This document shows positions 9,305-16,948 of a stretch of DNA of 33,523 nt, one piece after another. The stretch comes from an uncultured Alphaproteobacteria bacterium. GTDB taxonomy: Bacteria; Pseudomonadota; Alphaproteobacteria; JAJFIK01. The stretch is from the NCBI GenBank assembly GCA_964449455.1, contig CAYUYV010000001.1, forward strand, positions 15,015 to 48,537. Direction: 5' to 3'. Every line of letters starts with the position of its first letter. The stretch's first letter is position 1. The position numbers and the translations under genes were made by a program. A model generated the notes under the pieces. That model did not search any database. It saw only the letters and a program-made list of their open reading frames with translations, and had not been told where the DNA came from.

Positions 9305-10018
9305 TTATGCAACGGCACGGGTCTGCTCGGCGTCACTGCCGAGCCAACCAAGACGGTATCCCCGTCCAATAACGGTCTCAATGAAACGCTCCCCACCCGT
9401 TGCATTAGCAAGTTTGCGCCGCAGTTTACAGATATAGACGTCAATCACCTTGTCGAAGGGTTGCGATCCTGTCAGGCCATAGACGGCCTCAAACAGACCT
9501 TCCTTGCTGATCACTCGCCCGCGGCGTTCCGCAAGGGCCATAAAAATACTGTGCTCCCGGCGGCTGAGCTTGACCGGGCGTCCATCCACTTCAGGATCCC
9601 GTCCGTCGAGAAAAACCGTGAGCGGCCCAATCATGACACTGACTGGTTGCTGCTCGAGGCCCCGACGGCGCACAGCGTGAATTCGCGCTGCAATCTCCTG
9701 TGCCTTCACCGGCCTGATCAAACAATCATCCGCACCGGCCTGAAGTAATTGAACGATCCTTTCCGTCTGGCGGACATTCAGCATCGCCAGGAGGGGAATC
9801 GATGAATTTCTTGCCCTCAGTGTGCTCACCACGGCAGGCTCATCTTGCGTATCTCCAAGTAAAATGGCGAGATATGGCGGCGTCATGCCGTGTGTCCAGG
9901 GCAGGGCGTCCCCATGCTCCACCATATTGATCCTGTCCACATTGATTCGAATGTCCCTTAGGGACGATGTCAGACTATCCGCAATGATATCATCTGCTTC
10001 GATAAGCAGAATGCGCAT
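9305..10018 (-). CDS. OmpR-family flagellar transcriptional regulator with pseudo-receiver domain (Rem/FtcR-like, CtrA-related DNA-binding domain)
   Basis: MRILLIE start with GGAGGAG RBS, 237 aa. Contains GADDCLIRP, IAARIHAVRRR, GPLTVFLDGRDPEVDG and the winged helix KVIDVYICKLRRKL...IETVIGRGY. Confidence 0.85.
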   Translation of the reverse strand: MRILLIEADDIIADSLTSSLRDIRINVDRINMVEHGDALPWTHGMTPPYLAILLGDTQDEPAVVSTLRARNSSIPLLAMLNVRQTERIVQLLQAGADDCLIRPVKAQEIAARIHAVRRRGLEQQPVSVMIGPLTVFLDGRDPEVDGRPVKLSRREHSIFMALAERRGRVISKEGLFEAVYGLTGSQPFDKVIDVYICKLRRKLANATGGERFIETVIGRGYRLGWLGSDAEQTRAVA

Positions 10019-10176
10019 GTGCTCCTCCGAGACCTGGTTATCCTCTTCCAGGGGGAAGTGATAGCGGGGACTGCCGAAAAAGCTCCTCATGAATCACAGA
10101 TAATCTGTATAGCATTCCAATCAAACCTGACTCACCTTCAAGAAAAGATCATTTTGGCAAAATCAGGGAGGGGCGA

Positions 10177-10193
10177 ATGAACTGGTTTTAAGG
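10177..10193. promoter_or_regulatory. Second copy of candidate regulator box (ATGAACTGGTTTTAAGG)
   Basis: Lies between the divergent regulator and flgI. Its 12-bp core is identical to 1774-1785, and TGAA precedes it in both copies. Confidence 0.45.
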
Positions 10194-10206
10194 CCGCAAG
10201 TGTAGC

Positions 10207-11370
10207 GTGCTTGCCATGATCAAGAAATATCGATGCCACGGCCTGCACTCTGTTTCTGCCCTGATGGCTCTGCATGCAATGGTCCTGTTCATGCTGATCA
10301 TCAGCACCGATGGAATCGCGGCGCGGGACCTCCGGATCAAGGATATCGTGTCCCTTGAAGGTGTCCGGTCCAACCAGCTTGTTGGCTATGGGCTCGTCGT
10401 GGGTCTTCCGGGGACGGGCGATCGTCTGAACAATGCTCCCTTCACCCAGCGCAGTCTTTCGAGCATGCTGGAAAGGCTGGGTATTTCGGTCAATGCCGAT
10501 GACATCCGTACACGAAATGTCGCGGCTGTTATGGTAACGGCCATGTTGCCGGCTTTCGCCAATGCTGGCTCGCGACTTGATGTTCAGATCGCGGCATTGG
10601 GGGATGCATCCAGCCTTCTTGGCGGTACACTGCTCGTGACACCCTTGCTCGGCGCTGACGGCGATGCCTATGCCCTGGCCCAGGGGCCGGTTCTTGTTGC
10701 CGGCTTTAATGCGCAAGGCGAAGCCGCCTCCGTCAGCAAGGGCGTGCCCACCAATGCGCGCATTCCCAATGGCGCCGTTGTGGAGAAGGAGGTGGATTTC
10801 ACCCTCGATGATGTCCATGCGCTCCAATTGTCTTTGCGCAATCCGGATTTCACCACGGCGATCCGAATTGCCGACCGGATCAATGGTGAGATTGGCAGTG
10901 GTGTGGCCCATCCAAGCGATGCTGCGACGGTTGACCTGGCGGTCCCCCGCCAGTTTCACGGCAATGTGGTGCGGTTCATCGCGGCAATTGAGACACTGAC
11001 GGTCATCACGGATCAGATTGCCCGGGTCGTTGTTGACGAGCGATCTGGTACAATCCTCATTGGAGAGAATGTCCGGGTTAGTCGGGTTGCCATAACACAG
11101 GGCTCGATCATGATCGAGGTGAACGAGACGCCCGTGGTCTCCCAACCCGCGCCGTTTTCAGAAACCGGTGAGACCACCGTTCTCCAGAGGTCGCGTGTTC
11201 GCGTAACGGAGCAACAGGGGGGCGGCTTTCGAATCGTGGAGGAGGGGACAACGCTGCAGGATCTTGTGAATGGGCTCAATGTGCTTGGCGTGCAGCCGCG
11301 CGATACGATTGCCATCCTCCAGGCCATCAAATCAGCCGGCGCGCTTCATGCGGACCTCATCGTTGAATAG
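10207..11370 (+). CDS. flgI: Flagellar P-ring protein FlgI
   Basis: RIKDIVSLEGVRSNQLVGYGLVVGLPGTGD, NVAAVMVTA, SLLGGTLLVTPL, NPDFTTA, LQAIKSAGALHA. True start may be one of the downstream ATGs. Confidence 0.97.
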   Translation: MLAMIKKYRCHGLHSVSALMALHAMVLFMLIISTDGIAARDLRIKDIVSLEGVRSNQLVGYGLVVGLPGTGDRLNNAPFTQRSLSSMLERLGISVNADDIRTRNVAAVMVTAMLPAFANAGSRLDVQIAALGDASSLLGGTLLVTPLLGADGDAYALAQGPVLVAGFNAQGEAASVSKGVPTNARIPNGAVVEKEVDFTLDDVHALQLSLRNPDFTTAIRIADRINGEIGSGVAHPSDAATVDLAVPRQFHGNVVRFIAAIETLTVITDQIARVVVDERSGTILIGENVRVSRVAITQGSIMIEVNETPVVSQPAPFSETGETTVLQRSRVRVTEQQGGGFRIVEEGTTLQDLVNGLNVLGVQPRDTIAILQAIKSAGALHADLIVE

Positions 11371-11378
11371 GGGGAAAG

Positions 11379-11714
11379 ATGAGCAGTATACAGCCCATTG
11401 ACTTGCAAACACTGGATGGAAACATCAAGAAGCCCGGCATGGTGACGACCCGCGAGGAAGCCTGGGAGGCCGCCCAGATCTTTGAGGGCATGATGCTTGG
11501 TCAGCTGATGAAACACATGATGTCTGGCCTGAAGGCGGATGGACCCTTTGGCGGAGGCTTCGCTGAGACAATGTGGCGGGATATGTTGGTCGAAAAGGCC
11601 GGCGATCAGGCATCGGTCGCGGGCGGGATCGGAATCGCTCGAGACGTCTATAAGGTGCTTGTGGCCGGTTTGGGTGACCCCGAAAGTGATCAAGTGATGA
11701 ATAACGAGGCGTGA
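11379..11714 (+). CDS. flgJ: FlgJ rod-binding protein (single domain, no muramidase)
   Basis: AAQIFEGMMLGQLMKHM, FGGGFAETMWRDML, GGIGIA; 111 aa; follows flgI. Confidence 0.88.
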   Translation: MSSIQPIDLQTLDGNIKKPGMVTTREEAWEAAQIFEGMMLGQLMKHMMSGLKADGPFGGGFAETMWRDMLVEKAGDQASVAGGIGIARDVYKVLVAGLGDPESDQVMNNEA

Positions 11715-12229
11715 GCATGGTGTGGTTTGATCGGCTCAAAGATTTTACGGCTCTTTCCGTCGACACGGAGAACGCGGAGAAACAAGACAATGTCAAAGAA
11801 AGTGTCTCTTATGAAGAGGGCATCACTGATGATGGAGATCTGTTTCGACTGATTGAAACCTTGACTGTGTCGGTGCAGGCTGATCGGAAGGACCTTGCAC
11901 AGGGTCGATGTGACGCGGTGCTTCAGCGCACATCCGAAACACAATTCCTCATCCATGAGCTGGAAGGGACGCTCCGCCGTCGAGGTGGCCAAATTCGTCT
12001 GTGGCCGGAGGCGAGAAGGCATTCTGTGGAGACGGCATTCAAAACGCTGATCACGGAGGCCCAAAAGACCTGCCATCATATTGAAGCGCTCCACACGGCT
12101 TCACGGGCCATCTCAAACCATCTGCTTGAAGCTGCCGAAAGGCAGCTCTCTGACGGCACCTATCGACGCAATGGCGAGAAGCAAACCTCAAAGCAACTCT
12201 CTTTGAGCCAATTTTCCGCCAAACTGTAG
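11711..12229 (+). CDS. FlgN-like flagellar export chaperone (putative)
   Basis: Helical 172 aa protein with C-terminal GTYRRNG, resembling the FlgN TY-x-x-x-G motif. It overlaps the flgJ stop and sits between flgJ and flagellin. Confidence 0.55.
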   Translation: MSMVWFDRLKDFTALSVDTENAEKQDNVKESVSYEEGITDDGDLFRLIETLTVSVQADRKDLAQGRCDAVLQRTSETQFLIHELEGTLRRRGGQIRLWPEARRHSVETAFKTLITEAQKTCHHIEALHTASRAISNHLLEAAERQLSDGTYRRNGEKQTSKQLSLSQFSAKL

Positions 12230-12267
12230 ATTTTACGCCGCTGAAAACGCAGCGGGTTAGTCTCATT

Positions 12268-12309
12268 GGCGCTGGCAACACGGACTGAGTGTTGTTCAGG
12301 CCCAGCGTC
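12268..12309 (+). promoter_or_regulatory. Structured flagellin 5' leader (nested stem-loop)
   Basis: GGCGCTGG(12268-75) pairs with CCAGCGTC(12302-09) and encloses CAACAC(12276-81)-GGACTGA-GTGTTG(12289-94), about 40 nt before the start codon. Confidence 0.45.
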
Positions 12310-12350
12310 AGAAGGCGCCGAAACGGACCTGTAGAAATGGGAGTTTGATC

Positions 12351-13814
12351 ATGGTCTCTATCTTGACAAACCAGTCGGCGCAAGTGGCTCTCCAGACCAT
12401 GCGCAATGTGTCGTCGAATTTGCAGGAGACGCAGAACCGCATTTCGACCGGACTTGAAGTGCGGTCGGCCAAGGATAACGCCGCCTATTTCCTTGTGGCG
12501 CAGACCGTGCGGGGCGATCTCTCCGTCCTCGAAGGATTGCGGGATAACCTGACTTTGTCGGTCAATGCGGCCAAGACGGCGACGAACGGGATCAATGCGA
12601 TTTCGGAGAATCTCAATGAGATCCAGAGCGCTCTGACAACGGCGGATACCGGCCAGGCGCTGGAAGAGCTGCAATTTGCCATCAACAATCTGGTGGAAGA
12701 AGTTGAGGGTACCATCAATGCCACATCCTTCAACGGTGTGAATCTCCTCAAAGGAAGTGGAACACAGACGGTCACGACATCGATTGTCCGTGATGGCGGA
12801 GACTTTCAGATCAACACCTTTACGCTTCGGTCCCAGGATCTGGACAACATTGTGGAAGACGCCAATCTCGATGTTCTGTACAGGACTTATGCTCCGGAGG
12901 CCGCGGAGCGGTTTGATGTTGACGGAAATGGCGCGGTCGATTTTACAAGTGCGGCGGATTCCAGCTTCTTTTCTCGCACCGTGCGGGAAGCAGTTGATAC
13001 GGATGGCAGTGGCACGATCGATGCGCCTGACTTTGCCGTCAATTTCGACATTGATGGCGACACCACCGACGATGCGCTCCAGCTTTCCGCTGAGGCGGTG
13101 GCCCAAGGGGCTGTCGAGCAATTTGAGGCCCTTGGCATAACCTTCTTCGATCGCGATGCAGGCATCATTGAAGATGCTGGTGCAAGTCAGTTCGCTGGTG
13201 TGACCAATCGAAATATTCTTGATGCTGTGGTGACGGAAGTGGCGGCAGCCGATACCTTCCTCATTTCGGCCGATGAGGATTTTCGCCAGCAGCTCGAAGA
13301 CAATGGGGTCGTGTTTAAGTTCGATGCGGCTGTTACCAGTGGCGCGGAAGCCGTTCAGCGTTTCTCCATCGACCTGACGGCGAACTCGTCCGTGATTGAC
13401 CCATCGTCCGGGACAGCCTTTACCAATCGGGAGCTCCTGGAACGGACGATTGACTCATCCTTCTTGCGCGGCGCGGCGGAGGCGTCGGGTTTCTCAGCCG
13501 TTTTGAGGAAGATCCAGGTCAATGGGCCGGATGGCAATGTGCAGGCTGGCCTGGTTCTGGCGGAATCGCTGATCTCCCGAGTCAATGTTAATTCCTCCAC
13601 GCTCGGCACATTCGAGCGTACTCTGGAGAGCCGTCAGAACTTCCTGGAGAACCTGACGGACTCCCTTGAAACGGGTGTCTCGTCCCTTGTCGAGGCGGAT
13701 CTTGATGAGGAATCGACCCGGTTGCAGGCTCTTCAGACTCAGGAACAGCTTGCCATCCAGGCCCTTACCATTGCGAACTCGCGGCCACAGAACGTTTTGT
13801 CCCTCTTCCGCTGA
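12351..13814 (+). CDS. fliC: Flagellin
   Basis: SILTNQSAQVALQTMR, TQNRISTGL..SAKDNAAYF, SFNGVNLL, C-terminal LVEADLDEESTRLQALQTQEQLAIQALTIAN..PQNVLSLFR. GGGAG RBS before ATG 12351. Confidence 0.97.
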   Translation: MVSILTNQSAQVALQTMRNVSSNLQETQNRISTGLEVRSAKDNAAYFLVAQTVRGDLSVLEGLRDNLTLSVNAAKTATNGINAISENLNEIQSALTTADTGQALEELQFAINNLVEEVEGTINATSFNGVNLLKGSGTQTVTTSIVRDGGDFQINTFTLRSQDLDNIVEDANLDVLYRTYAPEAAERFDVDGNGAVDFTSAADSSFFSRTVREAVDTDGSGTIDAPDFAVNFDIDGDTTDDALQLSAEAVAQGAVEQFEALGITFFDRDAGIIEDAGASQFAGVTNRNILDAVVTEVAAADTFLISADEDFRQQLEDNGVVFKFDAAVTSGAEAVQRFSIDLTANSSVIDPSSGTAFTNRELLERTIDSSFLRGAAEASGFSAVLRKIQVNGPDGNVQAGLVLAESLISRVNVNSSTLGTFERTLESRQNFLENLTDSLETGVSSLVEADLDEESTRLQALQTQEQLAIQALTIANSRPQNVLSLFR

Positions 13815-13829
13815 TACCGGATGATCATT

Positions 13830-13862
13830 GGAGGGCCGGCGCCAAAGGGGCGCCGGTTCTCC
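13830..13862 (+). terminator. Strong hairpin downstream of flagellin (terminator or mRNA-stabilising stem)
   Basis: GGAGGGCCGGCGCC-AAAGG-GGCGCCGGTTCTCC, a 14-bp stem with two G-U pairs and no U-tract. Confidence 0.6.
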
Positions 13863-13890
13863 GTCCCGCTAACCCGAGCCAGGACCGCCC

Positions 13891-14307
13891 ATGATGCAGC
13901 ATCGGTTTGCCGCAAACTCCTTCGCCTACAAACAAACCATTAAGGAAACCGAGAATCCACGCCAGATTGAAAGGCGAGTCTTTGCCCAGATCACCCGGGA
14001 ACTCGAAGTCTTTGGCGAAGCACAAGCCGAGCGTGAGGCGAAGCCTGTTGAAAGTGATGCCCTCGCGCGCAATCAAGCGCTTTGGGGCCACCTGATGTTC
14101 GACGTCATGGATACAGAGAATTCCCTTCCCGATGTTTTGAAAGCCCGAATCATTTCCCTAGCCCTGTTCGTGGATCGTCACACGGGTGATGTTCTGCGCG
14201 GAGAGAAATCCGTCGGTCCCTTGATCGAGCTGAATCGATGCATGATGCAGGGTCTGGACAATCGCATGCCTGACTTTTCCGCAACGGAGCCCGCCCATGG
14301 GACTTAG
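13891..14307 (+). CDS. flaF: Flagellin synthesis regulator FlaF
   Basis: AYKQ...NPRQIE, ALARNQALW, ENSLPDVLKARIISLALFV, LIELNRCMMQGL. Confidence 0.93.
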   Translation: MMQHRFAANSFAYKQTIKETENPRQIERRVFAQITRELEVFGEAQAEREAKPVESDALARNQALWGHLMFDVMDTENSLPDVLKARIISLALFVDRHTGDVLRGEKSVGPLIELNRCMMQGLDNRMPDFSATEPAHGT

Positions 14308-14725
14308 ACTGCGTTTGCGTCCCGGTGAAATGTTCGTCGTCAATGGCTGTGTCATCCAGAATGGCGAACGCCGCAACACCGTCACCATCTCCAATTTCGG
14401 TCAGGTCCTCCGTGCCCGCGACATTCTGCAGCCGGATGAGGCCAAAACGCCGGTTGCACGGATTTATCTAGCAATCCAGTCCTTTCTTCTCGATCCTGGC
14501 GAGGTCGATGACCTGGTGCCTGACCTCAATCTGGTGGCGGCCCGGTTGATTGCGAGAACGGAAGATCTTGAAATACGTCAGCGTCTTCTGGCGGCGATCC
14601 ACCATGTTCATGAGCGGGACCATTATAGTGCCCTGGCAAAATTGCGGCCGCTGCTGGCCCCCCGCTCCGTAGACGCCGCTTCAACCCTGACCGTTGATCG
14701 TGTCGTGATGGGGGGATGCCCGTGA
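14297..14725 (+). CDS. flbT: Flagellin translational regulator FlbT
   Basis: GLRLRLRPGEMFVVNGCVIQNGERR, LRARDILQPDEAKTPVARIYLAIQ, YSALAKLRPL; overlaps flaF. Confidence 0.93.
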   Translation: MGLRLRLRPGEMFVVNGCVIQNGERRNTVTISNFGQVLRARDILQPDEAKTPVARIYLAIQSFLLDPGEVDDLVPDLNLVAARLIARTEDLEIRQRLLAAIHHVHERDHYSALAKLRPLLAPRSVDAASTLTVDRVVMGGCP

Positions 14726-15513
14726 CAACCACCTTCCTGACCTATCAACGAATCTCACGGGATTATACGCAGACTGCAGAGCGGCTTGCGGAACGGACTG
14801 AAACGGCGCGACAGATCGACGAATGGCGCTCCACAATCACGAGTGTGAAAAGTGTCGACGCTCTTGTCGATAATCCGCGTCTTTATCGGTTTGCCATGAC
14901 GGCCTTTGGCCTTGAGAGCCAGATCTTTGCGAAGGGACTGATTCGGAAGGTTCTCAATGAGGGAACCGAAGATCCTCTGGCCATGGCCAACAAGCTGACG
15001 GATAAGCGGTTCAAGGCGTTTGCCGAGGCCTTTTCCTTTAAGGACGGCGAGGCTCCCTCGACATCCGATCCCGTCGCCATGGAGCGCATTGTCAATCGCT
15101 TCGTCGTGCACAAGCTTGAGACATCTGTTGGCGAAGACACCCCAGGTGCCCGCCTTGCCCTTTATTTTGAGCGGGAAGCGCCGAAGCTCACCTCGTGGTT
15201 CCAGGTTCTTGCAGACCGTGCCCTCTCGGAAGTCGTCCGAACCGTTTTGCGCCTGCCTCAAGAGGTGGCCGGACTGAATATCGATCGCTATGCGGATATT
15301 TTGGAAGAACGGCTTGACTTGGAAGATTTCCAGGATCCCGAAAAACTTGACAAATTTATCAAGCGTTTCACAGTGCTTTACGATCTCGACAATGGACCGC
15401 CACAGGCTTTCACACCGCGGGCTGCGCTGGCTGGTCCTCTTGATCCGCGGGCATCGGGTTTCGGTCTGTCTGCGGATCTCATGCTGAGCCTGGCTCAGAT
15501 ACGCCGTCAATAG
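14716..15513 (+). CDS. DUF1217-family flagellar-cluster protein
   Basis: SVDALVDNPRLYRFAMTAFGLE, KGLIRKVLNEG, ANKLTDKRF, GARLALYFER, LSEVVRTVLRLP, DPEKLDKFIKRF; typical position after flbT. Confidence 0.85.
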   Translation: MPVTTTFLTYQRISRDYTQTAERLAERTETARQIDEWRSTITSVKSVDALVDNPRLYRFAMTAFGLESQIFAKGLIRKVLNEGTEDPLAMANKLTDKRFKAFAEAFSFKDGEAPSTSDPVAMERIVNRFVVHKLETSVGEDTPGARLALYFEREAPKLTSWFQVLADRALSEVVRTVLRLPQEVAGLNIDRYADILEERLDLEDFQDPEKLDKFIKRFTVLYDLDNGPPQAFTPRAALAGPLDPRASGFGLSADLMLSLAQIRRQ

Positions 15514-16948
15514 GGCCCACCTGGAGATCCGTCGACCCAAGCGGGCCCGCTTCCGGTTCCATGATTTCAACGCGGCTGTCGTCTGGTTCGTAGCTTGCTT
15601 CGCTCGTGTCCGCCGCGTCCGGGTTCTCAAATCCCATAATGGTTCCAAGCCGGTCGAAACCTTTCGCGGCCGGCGTCGCTTCATATTCGCTTTGAGAGAA
15701 GAACGCGTCGAGCTTTGGCTTCTGGTCCACGGCCTTGTCCGTTTCCGCATCACTTCCCTTGCGATAGGCCCCCATGCGGATCAGTTCTTCGCGGTCCTGA
15801 TAAGTGGCCATGGATTTGCGCGCCGCGAGACGGACTGCGTTCTCCCAGTCTGAATGGGCACCGGGCAGCACCCGCGAGATGGAGCGGACGAGGTCGATGG
15901 CTGGATATCGGCCCTGCTCGGCAATGCTCCGGGATAAGACGAGGTGGCCATCAAGGAGGCCGCGGACGGCATCGGCGATGGGTTCATTGTGATCATCCCC
16001 CTCGACGAGGACCGTAAACACACCTGTGATGTCGCCCTGGCCCCCCATTCCCGGGCCGGCCCGTTCAAAGAGGCGGGGCAGCTCGGAAAAGACGGTCGGC
16101 GGATAACCCTTCGCCAAAGGTGGTTCGCCAGCGGACAGGCCGATTTCCCGTTGAGCCATGGCAAAGCGGGTGATGCTGTCAACCATGCACAAAACCTGTC
16201 GGCCGCGTTTGCGTTGGTCCTCGGCGATGGCCATGGTGAGATAAGCAGCACGCCGGCGCATGAGTGGCATTTCGTCGGCCGTCGCGACGACCACGACCGA
16301 CCGTGCAAGACCCTTTTCACCAAGATTCTTAACAATGAATTCATTGACCTCCCGGCCGCGTTCGCCAATCAGCCCAATGACATTAACGTCTGCGGAGGAG
16401 CGTCGGGCCAGCATGGACAAGAGCGTGGATTTACCCACGCCGGATCCGGCGAAAATGCCCATTCGCTGGCCTTCGCAGAGCGGTGCCATGGTATCCAGTG
16501 CACGGATGAATGTATCGATCTTTCGGCCAATCGGGCGCCGGGCGCAGGCATTGGGCGGCGTGTTCATTAGGGGAACAACGAATTCACCACGCGGCAAAGG
16601 GCCCTGGCCATCTATCGGTTCCGCCTTGGCGTTGATGATGCGGCCCAGCCAGCCGTCACACGGCCGGATGGTGGCCATGGTTTCGTTGAAGCGAACACTG
16701 CATCCCACGGCAATGCCATGCAGGTCTTCGGTTGCCATCAGAATGGCCCGATCCCCCCTGAAGCCCACGGTCTCGCACACCACATGGGCGCCGCCCCGGG
16801 TTTGCACCTCGCACTCATCTCCCACAGCGAGCACCCGCTCAAGACCAACGACCTCGATGGTCATGCCGAGGGCGCCGGCGACCTGGCCGCGCCAGACCGG
16901 TTTCGGCAGAGATCTGAATTCGGACGCCAACTCGTCGAGAATTTTCAT
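15479..16948 (-). CDS. fliI: Flagellar export ATPase FliI
   Basis: Walker A GIFAGSGVGKST, LIGERGREV, Walker B MVDSITRFAMAQRE, GEPP..KGYPP, YPAID. Confidence 0.97.
   Translation of the reverse strand: MKILDELASEFRSLPKPVWRGQVAGALGMTIEVVGLERVLAVGDECEVQTRGGAHVVCETVGFRGDRAILMATEDLHGIAVGCSVRFNETMATIRPCDGWLGRIINAKAEPIDGQGPLPRGEFVVPLMNTPPNACARRPIGRKIDTFIRALDTMAPLCEGQRMGIFAGSGVGKSTLLSMLARRSSADVNVIGLIGERGREVNEFIVKNLGEKGLARSVVVVATADEMPLMRRRAAYLTMAIAEDQRKRGRQVLCMVDSITRFAMAQREIGLSAGEPPLAKGYPPTVFSELPRLFERAGPGMGGQGDITGVFTVLVEGDDHNEPIADAVRGLLDGHLVLSRSIAEQGRYPAIDLVRSISRVLPGAHSDWENAVRLAARKSMATYQDREELIRMGAYRKGSDAETDKAVDQKPKLDAFFSQSEYEATPAAKGFDRLGTIMGFENPDAADTSEASYEPDDSRVEIMEPEAGPLGSTDLQVGPIDGVSEPGSA

Noticed and set aside
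9305-10018. Calling the regulator canonical ctrA
   Set aside because: The receiver lacks the phospho-Asp position, Ser/Thr and Lys, and is too divergent from the highly conserved CtrA.
10138-11145. 335-aa minus-strand ORF
   Set aside because: Antisense shadow of flgI with no recognisable motifs; such ORFs are expected in GC-rich coding DNA.
12260-12300. Sigma54 or sigma28 promoter for flagellin; CsrA site from the GGA loop
   Set aside because: TGGC occurs without a correctly spaced TTGC, there is no TAAA-N15-GCCGATAA match, and a single GGA loop is insufficient evidence.
12051-13121. 356-aa minus-strand ORF
   Set aside because: Antisense to flagellin and the flgN-like gene; no family features.
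14755-15753. 332-aa minus-strand ORF
   Set aside because: Starts out of frame inside fliI and runs antisense to DUF1217; no independent support.
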